Notes: generated from the letters alone by a model not told the origin. 64,000 bases of DNA from an uncultured Lentimicrobiaceae bacterium (GCA_964652685.1 CAZZBS010000002.1:57497-121496), one strand, 5' to 3'. Positions 41,387-51,312 are shown, counted from the first letter of the stretch. Translations and numbers: made by a program.

Positions 41387-43210
41387 TCAGAATAATGAAA
41401 CCAGACCAACATGGAGCCTTCCCGTTCGGAAGTCAAACGGATTACCCTGTTGAATACCATAAGCATAACTCATCTGGATGATGCCGGCAGGAGAAGGAAT
41501 GGCCACACCCAGTCCAAAGCCCCAGGGAGTATCGGTAAAATAGGAATGCTGAAGTGACTTTTCGTACCAACATCCGTCGATAAAAAGTTTAAAATGAGAT
41601 TCCTGCTCAAAACGGTACCGGACTTCCAGGGAGTAGAGCAGGTAAGAAGATGCCCTGAGGCTGTTTTCATCAATACCTCTGATGGATTGGATACCGCCGA
41701 AGAGGAAAAGTTCGTTTTCAAGTCCGGATCCTCCATACAGGAAAGAACCTGCGACCGATGGCCTGATCACCCATCGTTCCGTTACCGGAGTAAAAGTCTC
41801 CAGGGAAAAATGACCGTTTACCTGCCGTTGGTTTCTTTCAGTATCTTCGAACAATGCCTCCGGGATGTCGGGAGAGGTGAGTAGTTTTTTCTGTCCTGCT
41901 GCTATGTCGCCTGCAAGACTGATCCCTCTGGAGGGATTCCTGGGATGGTCTGTTCTTGTGTGATGGTATTCTATTCCGAACAGGGAAGCCGAATAATCGG
42001 TCCAGGGAGGGAGGAAAGTGTACTGATCGAAAATAGTCCTGTCGAGCACCTTGCTGTTTTTCCGCTGATAATAGGCACTGAACCATGATCCTGGCCCTGA
42101 CCTGAGCAGCAGTCCGCCACGCTGATTCAGGGTGTAATAGATTTCCCCCTGTTTGTAAAGGTCGAAGTTGTACATTATCCCGAACGGCAATAACGGAAGG
42201 AAGGGCTGACGGTATGAGATGATCAGGTGTTGGTCCCCCTGGATCCCGTTCCATCTGATCTCCATCTGCTCGGCCTGAGCAAAAGCATTGGTCAGGTTAA
42301 GTACCATTTCGCCCGAAAAAATGAGCTTCCGGGGATTTTCCTTATCAGGCCCAAAGCCAAGAATACCGTTAAAATCTGATGATTTGGCTTTTTCAAGGTT
42401 AAGCAGGATCCTGGCTTTATTACTTTCTGTGAGAATAAGGCTGTAGGATTGCACCTGTTTCACAAACGGCAGCGAGTTGATCTGACGGTCAATATCTCTC
42501 ATCAGCAGGTTGTTGTAAGGCTGCTTTTCCCTGATCCTGATCAATTTCTGAAGTACGACATTGCTGATGGCCGGCCCACCTTTGATTTCAAGGGTATCCC
42601 AGGTGTAAAAGGCCCCTTTTTCTATCCTGGAAAGCGCAACAACGGTATCATCCGACAGGGTTATATCCTGTATGACAGCTTTCGCCAGTGGATATCCGTT
42701 CTGGTTCAGGTAGCCGACAATCTTGACCAGTGTATTCCTGATCCAGGTGATATCCCTGCCTTCCATGCGGGACCTGAATCCTGCACTGTAGGCGGCAGGA
42801 AGTGATTCATCATCGAAATTGATCCTGAAAGGTCCGGGTCGGTTACCGGTGTAAAACCAGACGTATGCCGTGTCATCCACTTTGGTGACCGAATCTACGG
42901 AGGCTGTGATATATCCGAGTTCACGGGTAGATTGGATCAGTTTGAAGAGAGCTTTGTTGAACTCCTCTTCCGATCCGGTTTTTTTTTTATTGAACGCCAT
43001 GACTCTTTTCTCCAGCACCGGATCCCGGATAACAGGAAATTGAACGTTTGAAGGGAACTCCTGGGCTGAGATGGGTTGAATGAGGCAAATCAGCGACATA
43101 AATCCCAGGAGGACAGATCTCCTGGCAAGGAGACCTGCCGGGAAGTCACAGTATCGGGCCTGACTGTTCATTGAAAGATCTGCCACAGGGCTGTTTCGGT
43201 TGGCCTTCAT
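41387..43210 (-). CDS. BamA/TamA-family (Omp85) outer-membrane protein (607 aa; a start at an internal Met is possible)
   Basis: The N-terminal hydrophobic signal region ends in PISAQE. POTRA-like segments are followed by a beta-barrel with a C-terminal aromatic residue (HVGLVSLF). Confidence 0.75.
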   Translation of the reverse strand: MKANRNSPVADLSMNSQARYCDFPAGLLARRSVLLGFMSLICLIQPISAQEFPSNVQFPVIRDPVLEKRVMAFNKKKTGSEEEFNKALFKLIQSTRELGYITASVDSVTKVDDTAYVWFYTGNRPGPFRINFDDESLPAAYSAGFRSRMEGRDITWIRNTLVKIVGYLNQNGYPLAKAVIQDITLSDDTVVALSRIEKGAFYTWDTLEIKGGPAISNVVLQKLIRIREKQPYNNLLMRDIDRQINSLPFVKQVQSYSLILTESNKARILLNLEKAKSSDFNGILGFGPDKENPRKLIFSGEMVLNLTNAFAQAEQMEIRWNGIQGDQHLIISYRQPFLPLLPFGIMYNFDLYKQGEIYYTLNQRGGLLLRSGPGSWFSAYYQRKNSKVLDRTIFDQYTFLPPWTDYSASLFGIEYHHTRTDHPRNPSRGISLAGDIAAGQKKLLTSPDIPEALFEDTERNQRQVNGHFSLETFTPVTERWVIRPSVAGSFLYGGSGLENELFLFGGIQSIRGIDENSLRASSYLLYSLEVRYRFEQESHFKLFIDGCWYEKSLQHSYFTDTPWGFGLGVAIPSPAGIIQMSYAYGIQQGNPFDFRTGRLHVGLVSLF

Positions 43211-43243
43211 CGGACGGGATTCTTGCTTTATCTGTTCTCCGGA

Positions 43244-43939
43244 TTAAGTAACGAACGGAATGGGATTCCAGTCTATGGGTTGTATAGCATGTTGAATAAG
43301 GTACTGATTTGCCTGCGAGAAATGACGGCAACCGAAAAAACCTCTGGCTGCCGACAGGGGAGAAGGGTGGGGTGCGGTAAGGATCAGGTGTTTGTTTCGG
43401 TCAATGAGGGGAATTTTCTTTGCGGCCGGGTTTCCCCAAAGCAAAAAGACGATATGTTCCCGGGTTTCCGATAGGTGACGGATGGCTGCGTCAGTGAAAG
43501 TTTCCCATCCATGGTTCTGATGTGATGTTGGTTGGTTAGCCCGCACCGTAAGGGTAGCATTGAGAAGGAGTACACCTTGTCGGGCCCATTGGATCAGATT
43601 ACCACTTACAGGTACCGGGACCCCCAGGTCATTCTGCAATTCCTTAAAAATATTGACCAGGGATGGGGGTTTCGGGATACCTTCCGGCACCGAAAAACAC
43701 AATCCATGGGCCTGACCAGGACCATGGTAGGGATCCTGACCCAGGATGACCACCTTTACCTCATGGACAGGTGTATGGTCAAAGGCAGAAAAAATGTTTT
43801 TTCCGGCAGGGTAAACAGTATATTTTAACCTCTCTGTCAGCAGATATTGCTTCAGGGCCTTAAAATAGGGAGCACTGAATTGGTCGGACAGGGCTTGTCT
43901 CCAGCTCGCTTCAATCTGAGGTTTTACCTCCTCGTCCAT
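43244..43939 (-). CDS. ung: Uracil-DNA glycosylase (family 1)
   Basis: Contains VVILGQDPYHGPGQAHGLCFSV and HPSPLSA. Confidence 0.96.
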   Translation of the reverse strand: MDEEVKPQIEASWRQALSDQFSAPYFKALKQYLLTERLKYTVYPAGKNIFSAFDHTPVHEVKVVILGQDPYHGPGQAHGLCFSVPEGIPKPPSLVNIFKELQNDLGVPVPVSGNLIQWARQGVLLLNATLTVRANQPTSHQNHGWETFTDAAIRHLSETREHIVFLLWGNPAAKKIPLIDRNKHLILTAPHPSPLSAARGFFGCRHFSQANQYLIQHAIQPIDWNPIPFVT

Positions 43940-44012
43940 ATCTTTTTTGTTATGAAATATAAAGAATTATACAACCGTTAACATCAATATTAAAAAAGAA
44001 ACACTCTTTTTG

Positions 44013-44020
44013 TATTTTTG
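44013..44020 (+). promoter_or_regulatory. -7 box TATTTTTG upstream of the 45-aa lipoprotein gene
   Basis: An exact TAnnTTTG match, 61 nt upstream of the ATG at 44081. The -33 element is weak. Confidence 0.35.
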
Positions 44021-44080
44021 CAAATGGTTTAAGTGGAAGGTAAAAGTACTTAATTATACTGAAATCAATTTGTTGTTATT

Positions 44081-44218
44081 ATGATGCGAAACCTGGTGAA
44101 ACTGATCATCTTGTTGTGCCTGCTGGTCCTGGTTGCTGTTTCCTGCCGTGGCCCCAAGGAGTGCTGGGGTGTGACATCAGATGCAGATCAGCCTGCCATA
44201 GAGCAAAACAAGGAATAA
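44081..44218 (+). CDS. Micro-lipoprotein (45 aa, below the ORF-track cutoff)
   Basis: Manual translation gives MMRNLVKLIILLCLLVLVAVSCRGPKECWGVTSDADQPAIEQNKE. It has a classical signal peptide and lipobox (AVSC). Confidence 0.45.
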   Translation: MMRNLVKLIILLCLLVLVAVSCRGPKECWGVTSDADQPAIEQNKE

Positions 44219-44347
44219 CACTTCCAGTACGCAGGTTTTCCGGATTATATGCCTTATAAGCATCTTATCCGGTCCGGAAACCCAGGGCAGCTGTTATTTG
44301 CGGGTGTGCTGCTATATTTTGATACATCTTTCAGGAAAGAGCAAAAC

Positions 44348-45097
44348 ATGCATTTTCGTTTATCATATCTACTCTTCTTTATGATGGTACAGATCTTACC
44401 ACAAGGTAGGGTTTTGTCTCAGGAGGCAGATGTGCCGCAGTTCATACTGTCAAGAGAACGGAGTGCATACCTGATAGGGCATACGCGTGGTTTCGGTTTT
44501 GGTTATCAGCAGGGAAAGATCCTGAATATTTATTCAACACTATTCTGGGAGGTTCAGTTTGCCACCATGAAGCACCCCAAGGAATACCGTCGTACCAACG
44601 AATCTTTCCCGAACACCAGAACATACAGTTACGGTAAACTGAACCGGATTTACATGTTGAGGGGAGGTCTGGGACTGCAGCGGATCTATGCTGATAAGCC
44701 CTACTGGGGAGGGGTGCAGGTACGGTATCATTTTTCCGGAGGACTGAACCTCTCGGTGGCAGAACCGATGTATTTATACATTCTCTATTACAACAGCAGT
44801 GATGGTAAGTTTTATCGTTTGTTGGAGAAGTATGATCCAGAAACCCATTTTACAGACAATATTTACGGCAGGGGGCCTGTGGGCAAAGGATTGCTGGAGT
44901 CGAAAATATACCCGGGGATCTACCTTAAAGGGGGCCTTAGTTTCGATTATGGTGATCAACAGGCTATGATCCGCTCCCTTGAGGTTGGCATTGCTGCAGA
45001 TGCATTCCTGAAAACCATACCCATTATGGCCTTTACACGAAATCCGAATCCTTATCTCACACTTTACCTCGCACTCCACATCGGTAACAGAAAATAG
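44348..45097 (+). CDS. Hypothetical exported protein, probable beta-barrel (249 aa from the revised start)
   Basis: An internal Met gives the signal peptide MHFRLSYLLFFMMVQILPQGRVLSQE. A near-consensus -7 box (TATATTTTG, 44313..44321) lies inside the longer ORF-track model 44249..45097. Confidence 0.6.
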   Translation: MHFRLSYLLFFMMVQILPQGRVLSQEADVPQFILSRERSAYLIGHTRGFGFGYQQGKILNIYSTLFWEVQFATMKHPKEYRRTNESFPNTRTYSYGKLNRIYMLRGGLGLQRIYADKPYWGGVQVRYHFSGGLNLSVAEPMYLYILYYNSSDGKFYRLLEKYDPETHFTDNIYGRGPVGKGLLESKIYPGIYLKGGLSFDYGDQQAMIRSLEVGIAADAFLKTIPIMAFTRNPNPYLTLYLALHIGNRK

Positions 45098-45349
45098 CTT
45101 CCCCCTCATTACAGCAGGAATGTTATCCCCTGATCCCCATGCCCCATGCCTTTTTCAGCCGGACCGATAACTGATTTTAAAAAAAAAAGTTTGCTTTTAT
45201 CTTAACTTTGCCTATTGAATGAGGATGACCAGGTATCTTATACAGGCAGCAACATACATCGACTTTTTTTTTGCACCATTTGAAAAAAAGTGTATCTTGT
45301 GCCCCTTAAAATGAGACCAGAATTCAACAAAGTAATATAACATATTGTT

Positions 45350-48229
45350 ATGAAAAACAGAACATTATTATTCAGTTTCGCTCTGTTGCCCCTTGTGGCA
45401 TTTTTGGTTGTGATCGCTACGCAGCACACGCCTGAGCGCAGCTATTCACCCCGTTTCAATATGCAGGACCAGTCGGTTACCGGAGCTGCTGAATACTGGA
45501 AAATCATCCGTAACAATCAGATCACCGGGGAAGTTGACGTGCAGGATGTGCAGCAGGCATTGCTTGAAATTAAACAGTTAAAAACATCCAAGACACTTTC
45601 CTGGACATGGGACGAGATGGGACCGGATAATCTTGGCGGCAGAACCAGGGCCATCCTTTTTGACAAGGACAACCCGACCATCATGTACGCCGGATCTGTC
45701 AGCGGTGGACTATGGAAATCCACTACATCCGGGAGTACCTGGGTCAAGGTTACAACCATTTCGGATAATTTAATTATAGCTTCTATTACACAGGCACCTA
45801 ACGGGGATATCTACGTCGGGACGGGTGAAGGTTTTTACCCGGGAACAGGAGATGGCACCAGGGGATTTAACGGAATAGGTATTTACAAGTCTTCTGACGG
45901 TGGCCAAACATTTTCACTATTGTCAAACACCAGTACCTGGACCTATATCAATGAAATGGCTGTTGACAAGAACAACGGGTATGTGTATGCTGCTACCAAA
46001 GCCGGATTGAAGATCTCTTCCGATGGAGGGGCCACATGGAGTGTCACGCCTACACCACTTACTATTACCAACTCCAATGCTGATGACGTGGATATCGCAA
46101 CCGACGGTACCGTTGTGCTCTCCATCAATAAAGCCTGCTACATTGCGACCAATGGTGTCGATTTTGTCCGACGTTCCGGAGGCAGTCTGACCCTGCCCAA
46201 TGCCGGTTCACGTATGGAACTGGCTATTGCACCGTCAGACCCCAATTACATCTATGCCAGCCTTGCCGCGTCCAATGAATCTACACAGGGCGTCTTCCGT
46301 TCAGTCGACAAAGGGGAAACATGGACCCAGATCGCCCCTGCTGCAACCACTGGTTTCGCCATCCACGGAAGTCAGGGATCCTATAACAATACCATTGAAG
46401 TTTTTCCCGATAACAAAGACAAGATCCTGGTCGGAGGGATTAACATATGGACCTGGTCACTGAATGGTACCTGGACCCAGATCACCTCAGGAAGTTTTTC
46501 AGAATCAAGCCCTCTCTATGTTCATGTGGATATTCATGAGTTTGCATTCCATCCGACCAATCCCGATATCGTCTTTGTCGGCTGTGACGGCGGTATTCAC
46601 CGTTCCCTTGATGGCGGCGTTACCTGGAATATGATGAATAAAAATTACAGTACCATTCAGTATTATGCCATCACCTCCAGTGGATCCGGCCAAATACTCG
46701 GGGGAACGCAGGACAATTCTTACCAGTTCGTTGATTTCAAAGGCAATACTCCAAGGTCGGCACGTCAGCTCTGGATCAATGATGGCGGCTATGCAGCTAT
46801 CTCACAGATAAATCCGGAAGCCTATTTCGTTTCGGGCCAGTACGGTCTTGCTGCCAGAACAGCCACTGACGGTGAATTCTGGCAAAAAGCTTACAATGGG
46901 ACCAGTACCACCACACCCGATTTTTTCAGCAGCAGGATGCTAAGTTCGATTGAAGGTGGAACACCGGGAACGAACTTCTCCCATTTTGTCACTCCCCTCA
47001 TTCTTTGGGAGAGCGTGAAAACCTTTGATTCAAAAGATTCCATTATGTTCATTGCTGATACCAACTATATCGCAGGGGAAGTCATTTCCGTCCGTTCGCA
47101 CAAGCATAACGGTTACCCATTCAAACATACACTTCTTGCAGGGCTTAACAAGGGTGACTCAATGTTGATCCAGAATCCTATACAAAGCGTATTCGTGATT
47201 GCAGGCCGTACCTCACTGTGGATGACCAGGGAAGCAATCGATTTCAGCGGAACACCCACCTGGTGGCGTATCGGTTCCATCTCCGGCGGCATTATCCAGA
47301 CCATCGCTTTCTCCGCTGACGGTGATCATATCTTTGCCGGTACAACGGCAGGCGGTGTATTCCGTTTCTCTAACATCCACCAGGCCTATGATTCAACCAG
47401 TGCCGATATCAGTAGTTCTACCCAGGTGATCACAAGGACACAGATTAGTACCTGGTCAGGGAGGGCTATCACCTCCATCGCCGTGGATCCCCTTGACAAT
47501 GACCATGTGGTTGTAACCCTTGGGAACTATGGGAATACAAATTATGTGTACCGAACCACAAATGCCACCGATGCCACTCCAACCTTTACCTCTAAACAGG
47601 GAACCGCTGTAGCTACCAAGCTTCCCACTATGCCGGTCTATTCTTCTCTGATTCCATTGTATCATCCGAAAATGTTGATTGTCGGGACGGAATTTGGAAC
47701 CTATATCTGTGAGGATATCACCAAAACGCAGCCTGTATGGGTAGAAGCCAACCAAGGCATGGACCGTGTGCCTACCCTTATGTTGCACCAGCAGGTTACC
47801 AACTTCCCTTATACCTTCATCATCGTCGGGGAAGGAAACGAAACAGCCCTCTTCGAATATAACCAGACCACCAACTATGGCGGAATTTATGCAGGAACCC
47901 ACGGCCGTGGAGGCTTCAGAAATCTCGATTTCGTGAATATTGAAAAACCGGTTGCCGAAAAACCATCCACTTTCCGATCCAACCTGCTCATCTATCCTAA
48001 TCCTGTCGAATATGATGCTACGGTCGTCTTTAATCTGAACGCTCAGGAAAAAGTGACGGTCAGGATCTTTGATATCACAGGGAAACTGATTGCTTCAACC
48101 GATGCCGGATGGATGCACAAAGGCCGGAACGTGTTCAGACTGGAGATGTCACATCTGAAACGTGGCAACTATATGGTACAGGTACTTGCAGGGAATGAAA
48201 GCCGTACATCCAAGGTGATTAAAAAATAA
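45350..48229 (+). CDS. BNR/Asp-box (sortilin/VPS10-like) repeat protein with a T9SS C-terminal sorting domain (959 aa)
   Basis: It has a signal peptide and Asp-boxes SSDGGQTF, SSDGGATW, SVDKGETW, SLDGGVTW. The C-terminal approximately 80 aa start LLIYPNPVEYDATVVF and end TSKVIKK (type A CTD pattern). Confidence 0.85.
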   Translation: MKNRTLLFSFALLPLVAFLVVIATQHTPERSYSPRFNMQDQSVTGAAEYWKIIRNNQITGEVDVQDVQQALLEIKQLKTSKTLSWTWDEMGPDNLGGRTRAILFDKDNPTIMYAGSVSGGLWKSTTSGSTWVKVTTISDNLIIASITQAPNGDIYVGTGEGFYPGTGDGTRGFNGIGIYKSSDGGQTFSLLSNTSTWTYINEMAVDKNNGYVYAATKAGLKISSDGGATWSVTPTPLTITNSNADDVDIATDGTVVLSINKACYIATNGVDFVRRSGGSLTLPNAGSRMELAIAPSDPNYIYASLAASNESTQGVFRSVDKGETWTQIAPAATTGFAIHGSQGSYNNTIEVFPDNKDKILVGGINIWTWSLNGTWTQITSGSFSESSPLYVHVDIHEFAFHPTNPDIVFVGCDGGIHRSLDGGVTWNMMNKNYSTIQYYAITSSGSGQILGGTQDNSYQFVDFKGNTPRSARQLWINDGGYAAISQINPEAYFVSGQYGLAARTATDGEFWQKAYNGTSTTTPDFFSSRMLSSIEGGTPGTNFSHFVTPLILWESVKTFDSKDSIMFIADTNYIAGEVISVRSHKHNGYPFKHTLLAGLNKGDSMLIQNPIQSVFVIAGRTSLWMTREAIDFSGTPTWWRIGSISGGIIQTIAFSADGDHIFAGTTAGGVFRFSNIHQAYDSTSADISSSTQVITRTQISTWSGRAITSIAVDPLDNDHVVVTLGNYGNTNYVYRTTNATDATPTFTSKQGTAVATKLPTMPVYSSLIPLYHPKMLIVGTEFGTYICEDITKTQPVWVEANQGMDRVPTLMLHQQVTNFPYTFIIVGEGNETALFEYNQTTNYGGIYAGTHGRGGFRNLDFVNIEKPVAEKPSTFRSNLLIYPNPVEYDATVVFNLNAQEKVTVRIFDITGKLIASTDAGWMHKGRNVFRLEMSHLKRGNYMVQVLAGNESRTSKVIKK

Positions 48230-48250
48230 CGGGAAAGACTTTCCCATCAG

Positions 48251-48278
48251 AAAGGCTGGCATCTGTCAGCCTTTTTTT
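48251..48278 (+). terminator. Rho-independent terminator
   Basis: The stem pairs AAAGGCTG (48251..48258) with CAGCCTTT (48267..48274) around an 8-nt loop. The T-run extends to 48278. Confidence 0.7.
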
Positions 48279-48297
48279 CATATAACCACAGAAGAAA

Positions 48298-49908
48298 ATG
48301 ATGCATTGTTACCGAAGTTTACGCCTCAGAACATTACTCACCCTGTTTGCGCTCAGCCTTGCATTTACCACCCAGGCACAGTATTACTGGGTTTACCTGA
48401 AGGATAAGGCCGGGGTAGAGTTTGATGCATACACCTATTTTGACCCTCATGCGATTCAGCGCAAGATCCGGCATGGTGTTCCGGTGGATGCCTTCACAGA
48501 TTATCCTGTAAAGCAGGAATATATCGAAGGGATAGCCCGTATCGCCGATAGTGTGGGCTATGCAAGCAGATGGTTCAATGCGGTGGCTGTCGTTGCAGGG
48601 GAGCATGCACTCAGAAAGATTGAAGCATTACCCTATGTGGACAGATGGGAGCCTTCGTATGCCAGCATGCCCGGAACCCTGGCCTCTGCCGGTTTTGATA
48701 CGTTATTGTCGGACGGTAAGGTGGAACATATGAACAGGCAGGTAGCAACCCTGGGCCTTGATCTGTGGCGGGAAGCCGGGATTGACGGGACAGGGATACG
48801 GATAGCTGTGTTTGACGGCGGCTTCCCCACCTACAAAGCCAATCCCGCATTTGCCCACTTGCATGATGGTAAGCAGATCCTGCATACATGGGATTTCCCC
48901 CGGAACCGTGAATGTGTTGACGCAGGCATCAGCCATGGCACCATGGTATTATCCTGTATCGGGGGTATGATCAGCAATAAACCTGTCGGACTGGCAACAG
49001 GAGCATCTTTTTTGCTCGCCATCACAGAGGTGCGGACAGAACCTTTTAAAGAGGAGCAAAACTGGCTGGCAGCTGCCGAATGGGCCGATAAATATGGAGC
49101 CGACATCATCAATAGCTCACTGGGCTATACTGACAAACGGTACTTCAATTACAACATGGACGGTAAAACCACCTTTGTGACCAGGGCCGCCAATATGGCA
49201 GCATCCAAAGGGATTCTCGTCGTCAATGCGGCCGGTAATGAGGGAATCGGTGCATGGAAAGTGATCGGGGCTCCGGCTGATGCTGACAGTGTTCTCAGTG
49301 TAGGTGGATTGTTACCTGAAACCATGCTCCATACCAGTTTCAGTTCGTATGGGCCTACTTTTGACAAACGGATGAAACCCAACGTGGTAGCCTTTGGACA
49401 TGTGGTGGCTGCCGGTAAAAAAAAGATGGTCAATACCCAGGGGACCTCGTTCTCTTCCCCTCTCGTGGCCGGTTTCGCTGCCTGCGCCTGGCAAACCGAT
49501 CGCTCCATGAACAACATGCAGATCTTTCATAAAATTGAAGAATCAGGACATCTCTATCCCTATTTCGACTATGCGCATGGATTCGGTATCCCGCAGGCCT
49601 CAGCTTTTCTCGATTCAATACCGAAAAAACCTGCAGAACCCTCATTTAACCTCAATGTCAATCAATCAGGAGAAGTCAGCATTGAAGTCTTTGAAACATC
49701 TTCAGGATGGATCAAACAACCAACGGATTCATATCTTTACCTCCATGTCCGGGATTCCTCCGGGGTCCTGCAAAAATACAAGGTTTTCGAAGTTGATCAT
49801 TTGAAAAATGCGAACTCACTGCTCGTTACCCTTGATCCTGACGAGACAGTCTGTGTGCATCACCTGGGCTATACCCACTGTGTTACCCATAAGGTAGAAA
49901 TTCATTAA
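48298..49908 (+). CDS. S8 family (subtilisin-like) serine peptidase with an N-terminal propeptide (536 aa)
   Basis: It has a signal peptide and the catalytic triad contexts AVFDGGF (Asp), HGTMVLS (His) and GTSFSSPLVAG (Ser). Confidence 0.92.
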   Translation: MMHCYRSLRLRTLLTLFALSLAFTTQAQYYWVYLKDKAGVEFDAYTYFDPHAIQRKIRHGVPVDAFTDYPVKQEYIEGIARIADSVGYASRWFNAVAVVAGEHALRKIEALPYVDRWEPSYASMPGTLASAGFDTLLSDGKVEHMNRQVATLGLDLWREAGIDGTGIRIAVFDGGFPTYKANPAFAHLHDGKQILHTWDFPRNRECVDAGISHGTMVLSCIGGMISNKPVGLATGASFLLAITEVRTEPFKEEQNWLAAAEWADKYGADIINSSLGYTDKRYFNYNMDGKTTFVTRAANMAASKGILVVNAAGNEGIGAWKVIGAPADADSVLSVGGLLPETMLHTSFSSYGPTFDKRMKPNVVAFGHVVAAGKKKMVNTQGTSFSSPLVAGFAACAWQTDRSMNNMQIFHKIEESGHLYPYFDYAHGFGIPQASAFLDSIPKKPAEPSFNLNVNQSGEVSIEVFETSSGWIKQPTDSYLYLHVRDSSGVLQKYKVFEVDHLKNANSLLVTLDPDETVCVHHLGYTHCVTHKVEIH

Positions 49909-49918
49909 CAACAAGATC

Positions 49919-50662
49919 ATGAAAGTTCATACTATCATCGGGGAAAGGCTATCATTCAGTTATTTCCGGCTTGCAGGATCACTCCTGATCGTTGGCTTCA
50001 TGGCCTCTCTTTCTTTAACAGGTCAGGTGCATCCTTTGATGGATGAGGAGGTAAGCGACCATGTCTTCACAAAGAAGTGGGGAGCGAATAAACGGCACTA
50101 TGCTGCACCCTATATTAGCTTAGCTTATCCTGTTCACCAGGAGGGTGAACATGTCCTGAAAACTTTCGGAAGCCCTGAATGGACGCTGGGAGGCAGATAT
50201 AAACTAAGGTTCTGTGACTTTTATTCGACCGGTTTTGATCTTTGGATTTCTAATCCCAGGTATTCTATGAAAACCATGAATACAATCACGATCAACAACC
50301 TGATTGAAAAATGGGACAAGGAAAAGATCACGGCGGGTTCTCTTTCGGGTGCATGGTATCACCGGTTCAACCTGCAAAGAAGAGGGAACACCCTTGGAAC
50401 TTACCTGGATGCAGGGATATACGGGCAGTATTTATTTTCTTCCCGGTATCGCTTTTATGGTAAAGAAGATGGGTACAAGATTGAAGCAACAAAAAAGGCT
50501 CCTGAACTTCTTTACAAAACGATCTGGGGATTCCAGGCAAGCGTTGGAACAAGTGATTGGAAACTGTTTGCCCGGTACAGGATGTCCAACCTGCTGAAAA
50601 CATGGAATGTGGCCGATCTTCCGAAATTATCCGTCGGTCTGGAGGTGACCTTGAGCTTTTAA
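49919..50662 (+). CDS. Hypothetical outer-membrane beta-barrel-like protein (247 aa)
   Basis: It has a hydrophobic N-terminal segment, alternating strand pattern, and C-terminal LEVTLSF. It lies 10 nt downstream of the S8 peptidase gene. Confidence 0.55.
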   Translation: MKVHTIIGERLSFSYFRLAGSLLIVGFMASLSLTGQVHPLMDEEVSDHVFTKKWGANKRHYAAPYISLAYPVHQEGEHVLKTFGSPEWTLGGRYKLRFCDFYSTGFDLWISNPRYSMKTMNTITINNLIEKWDKEKITAGSLSGAWYHRFNLQRRGNTLGTYLDAGIYGQYLFSSRYRFYGKEDGYKIEATKKAPELLYKTIWGFQASVGTSDWKLFARYRMSNLLKTWNVADLPKLSVGLEVTLSF

Positions 50663-50670
50663 CCAGACCA

Positions 50671-51312
50671 TTACAATATCCGGATGATGGATGTCCCGTC
50701 GCGGAAAGGCAGGATCACCACCTCCACCCCGGTATCTTGCCTTACCATGGTATTAAAAGCAAGGATACCTTCCGTATCATAATCACCAGGTGCTGGTTCT
50801 AAAATGATCTTTCCATCCCACAAGACATTGTCAGCCAGAATGATTGTACCGGGTTTTAACCTTTTCCGAAGGATTTCATAGTAAAAAGGGTATTGCGATT
50901 TTTCCGCGTCGATAAAAACCAGGTCGAAAGGGATGGTGTCAGCCAGTACAGGGATAAGTTTCCTTGCATCTCCTATATGAAGCTTGATTTTGCTGCCATG
51001 GGGTGATCTGGCCAACCAGTCCTGGATTGGTTCCTCCAGTTCCGGATTCAATTCGATGGTATGGAGTTCTCCGTCTGTGGCAAGGCCCTCTGCAAGGCAA
51101 AGGGCACTATATCCTGTGAAAGTACCTATTTCCAGGATGAAATTCGGGCGCTTCAATCTGCTGACCATGGATAGGAAACGGCCCTGAAGGTGTCCTGAAA
51201 GCATCCTCGGGTATATGGTCCGGAGAGCCGTTTCACGGCTCAGTTCCTGCAGAAGAGCCGGCTCAGGTGAGGTGTGTTTTTCAGCATAGGTAAACAGCAA
51301 ATCTTTATTCAT
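50671..51312 (-). CDS. Class I SAM-dependent O-methyltransferase (caffeoyl-CoA OMT / YrrM-like)
   Basis: Motif I is ILEIGTFTGYSALCLAEGL and an acidic loop reads FIDAEK. The protein is 213 aa. Confidence 0.85.
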   Translation of the reverse strand: MNKDLLFTYAEKHTSPEPALLQELSRETALRTIYPRMLSGHLQGRFLSMVSRLKRPNFILEIGTFTGYSALCLAEGLATDGELHTIELNPELEEPIQDWLARSPHGSKIKLHIGDARKLIPVLADTIPFDLVFIDAEKSQYPFYYEILRKRLKPGTIILADNVLWDGKIILEPAPGDYDTEGILAFNTMVRQDTGVEVVILPFRDGTSIIRIL

